From assembly GCA_040954595.2 (NCBI GenBank), contig CM082598.2, forward strand, positions 2,232,001 to 2,296,000: a DNA stretch of 64,000 nucleotides, in the 5' to 3' direction. Below the pieces are notes generated by a model, which was not told the DNA's origin, did not search any database, and saw only the letters and a list, made by a program, of their open reading frames with translations. Within the stretch, counting starts at the first letter, position 1. The number at the start of each line of letters is the position of its first letter. A program made the position numbers and the translations under genes. Positions 49,623-64,000 of the stretch are shown one piece after another. This DNA comes from Balanoglossus misakiensis (Eukaryota > Animalia > Hemichordata).

Positions 49623-52600
49623 CTATGACAACATTGTGTTGAGGAACTCGTCATAACATATTCTTCCATCCAAATTTTTATCAAACTCAGCCAGGAGGTG
49701 GTAAAGATCTTCCTCGGATGCCACAATGCTGTTGTCTAATAAGATCTGTCTGAATTCAGCCGCATCTAAGTAGCCTTCGTTAGCAATGTCGGATTTCTTG
49801 AAACTTCTTCTCAAAGTCTTCCAGTCTGTCAGTAACTGATGGTTGAGAAAAATGCAAAGAATATTATCATGTCCACTTTAAGGGAAGATGCTATTGACAA
49901 CCTTCTTAAAGTCTTTAAGTCTGTCAATAGCTGATGGTTGAGAAAAACGCAAAGAATATTACGGCTCACAAAGGATTAATGTTAACTCAGCACCTGGTTC
50001 AGAGTAGACCACGACATGTATAGTCTCAATATATGACTTGCAAGAACAGCATGAGACTATGGTATATTAGCCTAGTATCTAGTAGACTCTCTCACACCCC
50101 CTCTCGTCGTCCATGCAGGCTTATGGACTGATTGCATGTGTGGGAAGGTTCGCCACACAGCACCATATGGGGCTTTTCCTTTGCTAAACAGTTGAGGGCG
50201 CATCAGGGATGGGCCTTGTAGCGAACCGTGGGCTGTGAGAGAGTCTAAGTATCCAGATGAGTGTTGTGAGCTTTGCTTCCAAAACTAGTTTGGTAACAAA
50301 ACAGACAACACACAACTAGATTCTAGACTAATCGTGTACCTACCTTCTTCTTGACTCTACCAATCACAGCACCAAGAGTTGCTGACTTGTCAGAATCAAA
50401 TGTGTGCTGTTATCAAATACAGAAATAAATGTTTATGATTTAACAAAGTGGTTAAAACTATTGACTACTGCTTGTCTTGCTTGGTCTTGAGTGACACGTT
50501 GCTCTGCCTCATTTCAGCCAAAAACTTGGCACTGTCCTAAGCTTGACCAAAAACTGGACAATATCCAAATCCTTTCAATGCTTAGCATAAAACTAAAATC
50601 TTCACCAACATCAAGAAATATGGTTCAATACAATAAAAGAAAAATCTGAAGAATACAGAATGAAAAAAATGAAAATATGTTCAAACTTACTTTTTCCATT
50701 TTTCCTGGTATGTCAGATTTGTGCACATTGTGAGACATCTTTTCTGGCTGGGTGTACAGTTCTAAAAACTGCATGTAATGGAAACTGTAAAGAGAACATC
50801 ACAACCATTATAATTCCACTAACTCTACCACCCTCATTTCCCTCTAAAGAGGTCCGACCTCACCACAGAAAACAGTAGATTTGGACCAAAGCATTGTAGT
50901 CAAAGGGTTAAAACAGTTATGTGAAGAAAGGACAACTTTCATTTCCAGTGATACAGTACAGATCAGAACTCGTTTCCAAAATGTGTCAGCTCAGGGCTAA
51001 CTCAAGGTTAGCCTGGGTTAGCAAATATAGCACTTCATTGTCACATCTCTTTAGCATTAAAAACAACAGCCCAGGCTATATACATCAGGCTACATACTAA
51101 AGTAATAATCATCATGTTGATCCCCAGTGTTCTGTTTACAAAGAGTGTCATCTTGCAACCCCAAAAATCAACAATATATGAATTTAGGATTCTGAGTAAA
51201 TAAATTATTGTGTTTATATTAATATTGGCAGAGTACTTACTGTCCATCAATGTTCAAATCAAAACGACTGCAGAGTTTATCAACTTCACCCGATGTCACA
51301 GGAAACTTCAGTGATTGTAAGACAGCCTGTGATGAAAGTTACAAAATAATGGTTAGTCCACCTCAAGCATGGACAAAACTATCTTCCTGTAAGCATGTGG
51401 GTCAGGGGATCAGTGTGCCCTCTAACAAACATAACTTTTAAAAGCTTTGAGTCAATTTGAAGAGATCATTTTTAAACAGATTTCACATACATGTAGCAAG
51501 AAAATTTAATAAAATAATGAATAAATAAAATATCTTCAACAAACCTTGATCTCTGTCCTCGTCACAGTAGCATATCCATTGGGATCGAGAATTCTAAACT
51601 GTTTCTTCAACTCATTCCAGTGTTTCACCACCTATCAGCAAAATAAAACAGAGAATTCAGTAAACATATAGCTGTATCTTCACATTTTCTCGATAATATC
51701 ATATGGTGAAGTCAGCTACAAATATGGGTCCCATGCGACACAGTCAAAGAAGGTGTATAGTGTAACTGCTACAATGTGCATCAGCTGGCAATATTCCATT
51801 AATTTTAAACAAATCATGAAATTACTTTTTATCATTATGAATGACTGGCTGTTTTGCTGGTAATCATTTTGTCATATAGGTCGATGAAAGTACCGGGTAT
51901 ATAATCTATGACAATATGGTTATATTTCTCTTCTACAAATGTAAATCATTGATCATCTTCACATCAAAAACTCTGAATATATAACTGTAATGTCTTACAT
52001 GTGGTCTCAATCTCTCCAGTACATTATCTGTCGGAGGGCTGAACTGATCTGTTGGTGATAACCTTCTCATTTTCTTCTCTAACCGAGCTCTTTCTTTCCT
52101 CTCTTTTTCTAACCGACTTTTCTCCTGCAGTTCTTTCACTCTCTGTTTCTGTGCCTGTTGCGCCCTCCTCATTTGATCAATCAAGTCACCTGTGTCTTCT
52201 GTTAAACAAAAAGTAGAATAAATAGATTCGTTAAATTTATGACCTCCAAAACTGAAGTCAGCCATAAGACGGGTATTATAAATATAACTCCTGTACACCT
52301 ATGATTGGCAGTGAAATGCACCTTTGATGTTACAGCTATAATATCAACATACATTACAGAAAACAGTTTCGGCTAGAACAGGGTCTATGACTCCATGGGG
52401 ATAAACAGCTATATGCATATATATACCACTGTTACAACCATCTGACTGATACAGGGGGGTGGGAGTTTTCTTGTGTGTACATTTGAAAGTTAAATTTCCA
52501 TACACTGTGTTTGCCAGGTTAGAAGCAAACCAACAGTAATATGTCTTCTACTCACCCATAGGCAGCTTTCCTTCAATGGACGGTGGTTCTGATTTAAACT

Positions 52601-55600
52601 GTGTGAAGTGAACATAGATTTCACTAAAATGGACAATGCCGTCTTTGCTGACTTGTAACGTGGACCACAGATCGTCTAACTCTTGCATGTTAAGCATGAT
52701 TCCAAGCCTACAGAGAATAAATCAGAGAAAAAATTAGCTGTACTCAAATAATTGTACATTGAAGAAGTTTGAATTATGCAGTAAACTGTGTAATTTCTGT
52801 GTTTCCACAAAAAAAATGGAGAACTGTTTTGAAACACACACACAATAAAATTATTTCAATGACTTACTCTGACAGCCATTTGTGAAACTGTGGTTTTGAT
52901 AGTCTTCCAACTGCTTTCCTGTCAATTTTGTGATACGCCTTCTGAGCGGAATGGAACTGAGTCTTGAGAATGTCTCGAATGGCGTCTTCCAGCTGTAAAG
53001 CCGTACGGGAAAAAAGGAATGATTAATTACATAAATATAAAGCAAGAAAGATCTGGCAAAATGTTCAACTAGTTTAATAGTCAGACTCAAGTTATGAAAG
53101 GATACTTTTAAACAAATTCATTCCAGAATCGTTAAGCCTCAGGAAATGTTAAACTGATAAATACTTACCATTTTTCTTGGCCTGTTTCTTAAAGGATAAG
53201 TTTTCTCCTCTTCTACAATGAGTCCAGCTTTCTTGGCCTCCTTCTCCCACATTTTCTCAAATTCCGGAGGTGTGACCGGGATCGGTTGTTGCGTTTTCAC
53301 TTCTGCCACCGGTAGTACCTCTTCTGGTTTAGGAGTCACCACCACCATCTCCTCCACTGCTGCTGTGTGGGGGCGTTCTTTGGGTGTCCTTACTTGAGGT
53401 GTGGCAATCGTCTGAACTCCAATCAGTATCCATGGTCTGTTGGATAATATACAGAAAAATACAGTAAATTGTGATTTTCATTCAATGGAAACATGAGCCA
53501 AATACCAATTTCTCATACCTCAATATCACACAGCAAATAAATACTGTTTTATTCTGCTGGACAGACTTTTATGATAGACCATATTACATTTGTATTATGA
53601 GACTTGCATTTATCCCTTTCACCACCATGGTTTGGCCCAAACTTATTATTTTCAATGATAAGGTTGGACCTCTAAAGAGGGATCTTTGGGTGATATGACA
53701 TATATGACATTGAGAAGTTTATTATGTACAACCACTGCAACCTCAGTGACATTAAGAGAAGTGGCAATTAGTAAGTGTTATCTATAAATACCTTTTCCTA
53801 TTGAACAGCGCCAAGAACTTTTCGTAAGAGACCAGGCCATCACCTTCCAGACCAATCTCATCCAACAGCTGCGAAAACTGGAAGTCTGAAACTTTGGTGT
53901 CAAATATCCTATCGATGGTGTCTCTCAGTTGTCTTTGTGTTATCAAACCAAGATTGTGTTTGTCTAGATTCCTGCAAAGAGAAAGGAAATGTTTTGAGCA
54001 ATTTGTTTTTTATTCTCAGAAGTTTTAGGACTTCACATGATGAATTTACAACTTGTGAGTGTGTTTTCTTTTCTTTGCAGACTTACCTAAGAGCTGAAAG
54101 CAATCGTAGAAACTCCTTATGGAAATACTCCACAAGCTTAGCTTCAACGTCAGTGGCATGGAGATACCCAGCTGGAGTGCTTACCCTTGTGTTGAATCTG
54201 GGATGGAATCAAATATGAATTTAATTAGTCTGTGGAAACTGGTGAACTATCATTTGGCAACTATTAACACTGCAAGAAGATAACAATATTACCAGTATGT
54301 TTTAATTACCTGTGATTTGGGTCTGATATGATTTTATTGGCCAGATCTCTGTCCGCTCGAGACATGAACCTCAGTAGTAATTCCTTGTAGTTGACTTTCC
54401 CATCTGGTTGTCTAACACCACACCTGAAGGATAGAGAATATTTTTTGAATGATCAGAAATGAATCCTGAACATATCAACTTTGCTTGATCACTGCTGAAG
54501 AACTTGTCACATCAGTGCAGCAAGGTCATATTTACATGACTACCAAAAATGATTTTCAAAACAACTGGCGTTTTATCAGAAAGAAACATAATCATGTACA
54601 AACAAACAAATTTCTTAAAAGAAAACATTTTTTTGATTGAGGAAGTTGCCTACCAGATATTAGCTCCCCTATTGAGTAATTATAGATGAAATATGTCTCA
54701 TAAAATTGATTGATATGTGTACACTTACCTTTCCAGGAAATATTCGCAATCAATCGCTGTCATTGGGAAGTCGTACTCCAACATGACATTACGGAAATCG
54801 GGTCTTGAAATGAAACCATCACCGTTTGGATCAAAGTGTTCAAAGCCCATCCTTAGTGCATGGAAATTGTGCTCAAACTGTTAGAAATAAGAAGAGATTC
54901 AGAATTTATTAGTTGGTGATTACCACATAAAGAAATTTCCTATTCTGCACGCAAATTACAAGTTCACGTAATAAAACCTTTCTCACTCTCCGTCTGTCTG
55001 TCTGTCTGTCTCTCTCTCTCTGTTTCTCTCTCTGTCTGTCTCTTTCTCTCTGACCAAAATATCATGTATGTGAGTTGAGCTATGACAACAAGTTAAACAC
55101 AAATCTAACAAAAATAGCCTGTTAATGCAAACTAAAAATATCCAAAAGTTGGTTACTGTGCCTCTGAAACTTTTTAACACTGAGGTCTCTGTCAAAAGTC
55201 CTCACCTTACGAATTATAAACGACACAATATCGAGAGACGGTTGCCTTGGTCCGTTTGTGATTTCCTCTTTCTTTTCCACTTCCGGTTCCGCAGCCTCAA
55301 CTTCCTCTCCTTCCTGAGTGTTTTCCGTCATTTCTTCCGGAATGTTTGGCTGCGGGAAAATATCACAATCATGAAAATTATGGAATATTGGTGGTTTACA
55401 AAAAATATGACTGTGTTGTATTGATGTGATTTTCTATAATCTCGCTCTCTCTCTCTCTTGTGATTGTTGAGTATTACACTTGGCAGTGAGAACACAACCA
55501 ACCCTTATCTACACTACTACAGACAAGTTCACTTACCACCCAGCTTGTCTTGGGATATCGCCTGCTCTGTCTGCTGGAGTGACGTCCCGGACTGGAAATT

Positions 55601-58600
55601 CTGACATGAGGTCTGCCATGTTCGTCTAATCCAAACTGTGTAAAGAAGGAACTGCTGGAGATTGCGCCTGCATTTTCCAAGTCAAATCTACAAAGAAAAA
55701 AAAATACCCATGAGTTGTGGGGATGTACTACATGTACCTTCTCAGGTCGAAACCACTATACATGTACCATCAACTGTCTGCTTGCATGTATATCTGGTTG
55801 CCTTTACCAATGTGTCTCTCTGTCTATTAGTAACTGCATAGTCTGTTTTTCAAGATCTCTCGCTCGCTCTCTCTCTCTCTCTTTCTCTCTCACTCTCTCT
55901 CATCTCTCTCTCTCTCTGAACCCCCACTCTCTCACTCTGTTTATGTTTCATATACTGTCTGTCAACACAGATCTTTTCATCCACATACCTGTCCCACAGT
56001 TTCTGAAATTCATCATCATCCAGCCTGACTCCTAAACTTAAGACCATCTCTCTGAGTTGTGGTGGTACTATCAAACCATTTGGCTCAAAACAAACACTTG
56101 AGAGGTGGCGCCGTATGTTGAAGCTTCTGTGGATTGGAAAATAATGAAGGGTCACACAAACAGTCAACACTAGCATGTAAATAAATAAAAGCCTTCGGAG
56201 TGAGAATTCAATGATGTATGATGTTGTCTGACTTTCAAAAGCAAAAGAAAGTTCAAGACAAAAGTTCCACTTAAGCATGGAAGTAAAAGGTAGGTGTTGT
56301 CTAGTCTGTGGTTATGGATTCTTAGAAACAATTGCTAGCAAGCATAGTAGGTGCAGCATCCAACTGGACTGGCTCAGTGGTGAATGGCCCAGTGGTAACT
56401 ACAATGAAACCTATCATTACGGACACACCTCTCTAATCAGAAACACCTCTCTATTAAGGACAGATTTTCCAAGACAAAAGTCGTGGCTTGAATAGAATAT
56501 TACCTGCATATTAAGGACACCTAAGGACATATCTGGTATCCCCAGAGGTGTCCTTAATAGGCAGGTTTAACTGTACTACGTACAACTCACCCCTCGTATA
56601 TCTTCTGTTTCAACAATGCAATGGCAAACGCGGCACTGGCATACTCTCGATGTGTTTCTCGTAAGACGTTTTTATCTCGTAAGGATTCCTCTGGGTGGAG
56701 TCGTTTGCGCTCGGCTGACAACTCCTTCTTGGCAGCGGGACTGAGCCATTCTCTCTGTACTACCTGCAAAAACAGAATCAGTGCATCTTTGAAGGGAAAG
56801 TTCGTCATACAGAATCTGATGTTTCAAGTATTCATTTTACACTGGATAACGTGAGCTTATGTGTGATTTGTATCATATATTAAAAGCGATACAACAATGA
56901 CATCATATACAACTTACCTCATTCTCTCGAAATCTCCCAACAAAGTCATCAAAAGAGATTGCTTCTGATTTGTCAAGTCCAATCCTAGTGTAGATAAAAA
57001 GACAGACATGGTAAGAAATCATAACAGTCAAAATCACATTAACACTACCACTACATCAGACAAAAGCAAACTGTTGTGTAAAGCTGAAAGTTTGTCATCT
57101 TTGTTACCTTGCCAGTAGTTTGTGCTGTTGATCCGGAGTCAGATAACCACAGAGATGATAGATAATTCTTGACAGAGCTATCCTGGAGACAGTTCCTTTG
57201 CCTTGTGGATCATTGGCTCGGAAGAGTTGTTTGAGTCCAAAGTAACCGTTGGTTAGTTTTTCCTTGACTAGTTCATAGAGCTGTGGAATGAAAGAGCACA
57301 GAAATATGGATGAGTTGTCAGTACTCAAATATCGAGAGTTTTATAATGCAGATAAAACAATTCCTAGATTCAAATACAATTTCTCACAGTCCCTTTCAGC
57401 AAAATGGAATAGTTCAATTCCATTGCTTTCAATGGTAAGGATGGACCAAAACACAGGAATGTGGGGGTGAAAGGGGTGGATGTAAGACAACTGGAGGAGT
57501 TCAACGGGAGTTCAACTAAGTTACTCCACAAAAAAATCAAACCACAAGCAAACAACACACCATAAGGTCACACAGGTGTTTTGATAGCCTCCAAATCCAG
57601 CATTAAAAACCCAAGGAAATTAGCACATTCAGCTCTTATAAACGAACTCATAAACACGTCTTTAATGATACAATGAAATAACAATGGATCAATACAACAA
57701 TTAAAGTCCTTGGATTTACTCCCCTGGCTAAGTCGAAACAACTTTATATTGTTATAGTGATGTCTTTTATGTTAGGTAAGCATGTGATTATACAATAAAA
57801 TATCCTCTGTGGACTTAATTAAAAAATACAAAACTCACCAAGTAGTTTTGATATTTTACCCTAGTTTACAAATTAAACATTATTTTTGTAACCATGTTGG
57901 AGAAGACAACGAAGATGATGAAACTAAATGTGTCAAATAATTAAGGGCACAACTAATTATGAAGACAGAGTCTTAACACTTTAGTGCAAGTACTGAAATA
58001 GTACTTTAAATAGGTGTTTTTGAATTGTAAAAACTGTCACTGGCCAGCAAATACTATCCCATCCAGGTGTTTCTGAAATGTAGTTACCAACCAACTCATC
58101 TACATGTCCACCGATGTTTTTATCACTTTATGATAGTAAACACAGATACAATCCAAAGTAGCTGGGCATTTCAACCTGTGGCTTAGAATCTCTCCTTTGC
58201 TGTCACATGAATCAAACAGGTGGTTATATGTGGTGATAGTTGTGGCCAGATGTGATATCTGATGCAGGTATGTACGTTTGATCGTTTGATAAAGTGTGCG
58301 ACAGCTAGGGCTTCAATAAATAGTGTACAGCCCAGGAGACATAATTGCAAACCAATACACACATGAATACCTGTGTTGCCATTCTTAACAGTTCTGTCAA
58401 TACCGCAGTGACCAAGATTATTTTTACCCTTCAGGGAATGCATTTTTGCTGTTATTTAAAAATGAACTGCTCTGTATTCAAATACTGTGATCCCCCCTGA
58501 AGGAATATGATTTTAGCCTAATTTATACACTGTACAGAACATGCAGAAGTGGAGGGACAAAGTTACTTGGAAGAGCCACTTGAATTTGATACTTGCACTT

Positions 58601-61600
58601 AAACATAGCAACCACTGCCTACTAGTTAACCAATCAGGAAGCAGTTATTTGTTTACATTGGTTACCACTAGGAAGCAACTGTGTGAAGCATGTATCACCT
58701 ATCATTGCCTGTGGTATGTGTTTTTACAAATCCATTACCCACGTTGACATTCCCCGCGTAAATGGGAATTTACAATCCACTATTCAGAATTAAAAGCCTT
58801 CCAGCAGTTGACCTCGTCCTCCAGAAAAACTGAGACTTTGCCCAAACATGATTCTTCAGCTCATAACATGAAACACAGTGACAGATGATGAGTGTTTTTT
58901 CCGATACACTCCAGCAGAACCTGTCTAAACCAAAACACCAAAGGGACTGAAGAAACTATATGGTTAATCCCTCAGACATTAGACAAACATAGTATAGCTC
59001 CATAACTATGCCACTTTGTTACACACAGTGCATTAAACTCCACTCTAATAACGTTTTAAAATTCCAATCCTTCAAGAGTGCAAATGCAGAAAATATGTCC
59101 AGACTTCAACACACTTGAGAACGTTCATTGATCTAGTTGGCTTGTTACAGTGTACATAGTAACAATCTATGTTCTCCATGCATTAAAGCAGTTTGCGTCA
59201 CTATATCTACAAATGAAATTTACAGACATGCTTCGGTGCCTGCCTTGCAACCTTGAGAAACCATGTACATGTACATGTACCACAAAACTATTTGGAAACT
59301 AGAAGAACCATTTTCTTCTGTCATTGGCCATCACAGACACAGCAGTTAACACAAGAACGTTACTCTTATCTTGACAAGATGTGTTGTATACTATAAAACA
59401 CACGGTGTACATGCAGGCAGCTCAACACATCCCTGAGACAGTCTGTCGTGAGACTGTCACAAAGGTGTAAGCTTGTCTGTGTATACAGACTCCAATATTA
59501 TTCACCACGTTTCACAATAGCACAGTACTATAAACAGATAATTAACTTTCATGGACCATGTGCAGGCATGTGATATTACACCAGCCATACACACTGGCAA
59601 TATTACACACTGCATTAACCACACACATTACACATTCCCACCGCCCCGATGACCTGGCCAACGGGTCACCAAGCAACCGTAACATTTTGTGTTGACTGCA
59701 TGGTTGCCATGGCAGACCATTTCTCATGCACGGTGAGAGGGATAATTGGAATTTGGATTCATGAAAGTGTTGTGAAAAATTGCTTTAAATGATTGACTTT
59801 TAACCTCAAAGCAATGAAGAGGAACTTCATTATTTTCTGGTACCAGGCTAGGCAAGTGTATCATGCCAACCAGGGTTATACAGTCAAACCTGTTGAAATT
59901 GGACACCAAAGGGAAGAAATTGTTCAGTTTGCAGAGATGTTTGGTTTATATAGGTTCTTTAACATGTAGTTTTATACAAAAAGAAATGGGAAATGTGGTA
60001 TTGACAGGTTTCTGGATAAGACAGATTTGGAGAGGTTTTACTGTACATTTATAACTTCGGATACATGTATAACCCTAGCATTGGAATGTCGAACGAAAAT
60101 ACTAATAGGGCCATCCAAAGCACACAGGGGTCTTATGGGAGCACGATACTTATGACCATAAGACCCCTTTCTGCTTGGGATGCCCCAATTTGTAGTGAAT
60201 ATTTCGATGCTTACCTCATCAGCTCCATATTTATTCCTTGCAATGACATCCAAGTCAATGGCCCCAGCTGTTTTGGCTCTTTTATCATAGGGTTTCTGTA
60301 AATGAACTGAAAAATTTCCTATTTTAATTTCATGTATATACAACATGATCATACAATGCCTAGTACCCCACCGTCAACAAGTTTTGTGAATACAAATAAT
60401 TTCCTCTCTGTACATAGAAATTCTTCCAAAAATAAACTTACACCACACCCCTTTTAGTCCCTAACAGGAAACTTAAGCATTCAATGTGAGCATGTTTTTA
60501 TGTTCGCAGTTTATATTTCATTACATTGAATAATTAATTTTAATTATCACTTGTATTTTTCAAGTCTCCATGACAACAGTTATCACTCAGACTTCCTCAA
60601 CTAAATTATTTACTTGCAATGCAGTTAAATAATTTATAAAGAATGATATATTAACAGAAGTCAGTCCTAAAATTGTAGAAATTTGCACATTTTTACGTAG
60701 GTTTCTAGTCTGATACCAAGTTATCACAGACATAAAATTTACATCATTCACGTTTCAATGTTCATGGGTGTACGTCCCCTTCGTCAAAATATATGACGAG
60801 GCGCCATTCCTGAAGTGTATAAAAACCTGATCATCTTACACGTAAGTGCAGTTTACCTACTGTGCTGGACATTCAGTGAATTAGCCAGTATTCAAAGGCC
60901 ACTGACAATACACCGAGTATTGATGGACAAACAGCGGCGCCCATTGTTGCCATGCATGTGCAAACATTCACAAGTTAACAATAGCTCATCGGGCATCACA
61001 TTGAAGGGGGGCCATTTACTTCTGGTCTTTGAAGTGTGTAAAATATCACCACTGAATACTGCACCAGGACCATTAAACCACTAAATAAAGTATTTACAAT
61101 GTAGTCACCTGTGCACTATATGACCTCAAATTTTACTACTGACTTCAGACTACACCTCTGAGATCGCTTGTAAACTATTGGCTTTATACACTTGGCTCAA
61201 GGACATTTATTTCCATGCCATATTTGTATTTCATGAATAAGTATCATGGCACTAGGCAAATACTATTCAGGACAAACTGTTCACAAATTCAGAGTGGGAT
61301 TCTTTTTTATAGTTTTTTACTTGTAGGTTATTATCTTACATTTGTATTTTATTTTGCTTGATATGACCATAGAGCTACCATAGACTTATGCTGAAGATTA
61401 GGCTCATATAATAGAAATACATTTTATTGGTGACTGACCAAAACTGCTTATCCAATTTGTGCCCTTGGTCTGCATGTGGTAAATTTGACCACCCTGACAT
61501 TTTCACTTAATTACTATTGTCTGATAAACCAACCAATGAACCAACAACAAACGAACCAACCAATCAACCGACCAACCAACTGGTCCATCCATGTGTTGGT

Positions 61601-62765
61601 TACAACATATGAAAATCAGAATGCAATTATTGGCCACTCTAACTAATCCCTTCATTATTTACAAACCAACACAACACAGGTCAACCAAACACACTTACTT
61701 TATCGTTGACCTTACCTTAGCTACAGGGGCAAAGTTTGTATTTGTTGAAAAACTGGCTGAACTTCACTGCACTGAGGCAGTAATGGAAGTAGAGTGTATT
61801 GGCAGTGCAAGAGACTTCATGGGAACTAAACTATTTTGAGTAATGTGTGTTGATAGATTCTTAATGGACACCTTGATGTTGATAAAAGGGTTGGTGTGTT
61901 TGATTGAGTTCCATGTTCAATAACAATATGGATTATAGTACAAATAAGCAGGTTAATAATCTTTTAATTAAATCTATTAATATTATTGTTATAAATCATG
62001 TCAAGTAATATTAGTTCCCCTGACATTAGCAAAAACATTGAGTCTATCAATAGATAATTAGGTATTTATTTTTATCAACTTGCTAGACTAAGTAAGGTTA
62101 TTCTATTGTGTCCAATTAATTAGTGACTGACGATTATGACACTCTATTGTTACCAGATTGTCACCTAGTATAAGTAAACATAGCAGTCTAGTGATTTATA
62201 AAACAATACAGTGGTAAATGGAGTCTAATTTACTGTCAACTGTTACTTCAAATAAATAGTGTATACACATTCCAGTCGGTTTATATCAAAACCACGAAGG
62301 GGTGCTACCGTGATCCGTGATCAATGCAGCAACGGTGTTTACATTTAGGAATTGAAACGGACAAGGTGTTTCCGTTTCAGGGGCCGGTTGGGACTACTTG
62401 TACTAGAGGAAGATCTCGCATGTAAACTCACCTGGTGGCCATGTCAGCAGTCTTGAGTGTCTAAATCTTGTGTCTTCGTTACTGTTGTCGCCGGTCGGGC
62501 TTCCCCTTCGAAGCGGAGGTAAGTTGGATCTATCGAGTCCCAGTTCCACGTTACCGTCCTGGTCGGCATCGACCGACACAAACGTATGCATTCGCGGTCC
62601 GAGCCCGAGCGAAGAAGTAGCCGATCCGCGGGACGTCCCTCGGATTTTAAGCGCATTCTTGTCGCCCATACGCGACATTGGGTGCTCGATCACCGGCAAA
62701 TTGTTCCGCCGGTTCGTCACAGACATCGCAGATGTGGCCCTTGGAGTCACCAGTCCTGTCGCCAT
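49623..62765 (-). CDS. EFCAB6: EF-hand calcium-binding domain-containing protein 6 (EFCAB6)-like, ~20 exons
   Basis: AACATGG start at 62765 (MATGLVTPR...). Repeated EF-hand pairs: LKQLFRANDPQGKGTVSR, FEHFDPNGDGFISRPDFR, FKKSDIANEGYLDAAEFRQIL...LLAEFDKNLDGRICYDEFL. Stop codon at 49623-49625. The 5' exon structure is uncertain. Confidence 0.75.
59879..60045. mobile_element. Tc1/mariner-pogo-like MITE (TA-CAGTCAAACC...GGTTTTACTG-TA), dispersed family
   Basis: CAGT termini with TA duplication. Related copies or fragments at ~21200-21335, ~23266-23316, ~26804-27020 and ~56399-56576. Confidence 0.65.
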
Positions 62766-63701
62766 GTTGCCAAACTCGGTTGACACAAACCTTGTTTTTG
62801 CGACAGGTGCACGGAAGATCGGGGCTTTGCGCCTTCAAGAAAACCACTCTATGACTAACCGGAGATCGCCTTGCGAAGCAGCCACCAAGATCGCTGTTTA
62901 CGTTTGTCTAAATTTTGCAATAAACTGGTGTAAACATTATTATAAACTCCCGGGATTGTCTCACTTTGATGCGAGTTGAAGTTGAGGTAAGTGCCCTTTG
63001 ACAGGACTATTCCATTCATGATGGGACCGGTGGCGCCGAAGGGCGGGGACGTTGCGAACAATTTCTACATGATTTTGTCGATTTCAAATGGGAAAAATAT
63101 CCGAAAAGATCTTTAAAATGTTTTGCTTTGATACTTCAAAAGCTCATGTCACTCTGATGTTAATATTTTGTTCAAAATTAAATCGATAGAGTACCCCCTC
63201 GACAAACGACCTACCCACAGTCTGCGTTAATAATGGTCTCTTTGCCTAGATACAAGTAGCGCGTGTACCTGTAACAGTCTAGCAACCAAAAGGACACGGT
63301 CAGGTAACCCTATTTGCATATCCTTTTATGGGCAATTTATTGCCTTTTATGGACGGATTCGTGAGCGTGGCAGGTCGTTCACACGTGGTTCAGGTTGTGG
63401 CAAAATGATGGGCACCACTGCCTCACAAATTGACAATATTAAAGCTAAGACATGTTTCAGTTTTACAATAAACACGACGGGGCGGGCGTACAAAGTTTGT
63501 GGTCAGAAAAAAACTACGTGAAAGTAATATGCTTACCTGACGCACACATCCAACATGTCTGTTTCTTGAGTACATACTGTCGTTGTCACTACTGTTCCAA
63601 ATCCAAGGCAAGAACTTGCAATAGCTGAGCGACGTCCAACAGCTGTATTTCCTTATAGGCAGATGACGTTGGGAACAAAAGTCTTTCGCGTATCAGCATA
63701 T

Positions 63702-63763
63702 TCTCGGTTACCCAGACTCCTTTGGCGATAGCCCGCACGAAGGAGTCTGGGTTACCGAGACTA
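63702..63763. repeat. Short hairpin element
   Basis: TCTCGGTTACCCAGACTCCTT ... AAGGAGTCTGGGTTACCGAGA, a ~21-bp stem with one mismatch. Confidence 0.8.
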
Positions 63764-64000
63764 GTATGAGCATAGCATCCATTAATATTGGGATTTTTTC
63801 CGGGACGGTGATGAAGATGGGTCCGCATCCACAACCAGCCTACATTTATCCACATTCCTCTGTTCCTCCTTGGCAACTGTGCATCTAGTAGGAAAGCGAC
63901 ATACAAAACGGGCCATTATGCATTTTCTCTCGGCGTCTAACTGGAGATAAATAACAAAAACTGCCACTTTTGACACGCGTACAGCAGACGACACTATTCG

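Noticed and set aside
63423-63994. Short minus-strand ORFs with a GTAAG donor at ~63535
   Set aside because: Frames are interrupted by stops and a hairpin element, with no recognisable domain. It could be a non-coding exon but this is unsupported.

Overview
Eukaryotic, intron-rich, AT-rich animal genomic DNA. It is most consistent with a marine invertebrate, possibly a hemichordate-like deuterostome (inference only). Four protein-coding genes are supported. (1) On the minus strand, ~1-29016 (3' end outside the window), a very large Kielin/chordin-like secreted protein: signal peptide, TSPN/LamG, coiled coil, then at least 21 VWC repeats. It carries an inserted, tandemly duplicated cassette of EGF, Kunitz, VWC-like, tyrosinase-like domain, GYD/GFN repeats and a Cys-rich domain; both tyrosinase-like domains have lost several copper-binding histidines. 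(2) On the plus strand, 30800-32651, a six-exon MPPED1/2-type metallophosphoesterase, head-to-head with gene 1. (3) On the plus strand, 34277-45682, a ~3259-aa DED-NACHT NLR. Its C-terminus is 14 tandem 462-bp (154-aa) repeats, most nearly identical, whose few differences are shuffled, mostly non-synonymous blocks. (4) On the minus strand, 49623-62765, an EFCAB6-like multi-EF-hand gene. Introns hold several MITE families (TTAA, TA, 8-bp and 9-bp target duplications), hairpins and microsatellites. The two standout candidates for an undescribed system are the shuffled 154-aa-repeat NLR and the Kielin/pseudo-tyrosinase chimera. All exon boundaries and domain calls were made by eye, without database searches.
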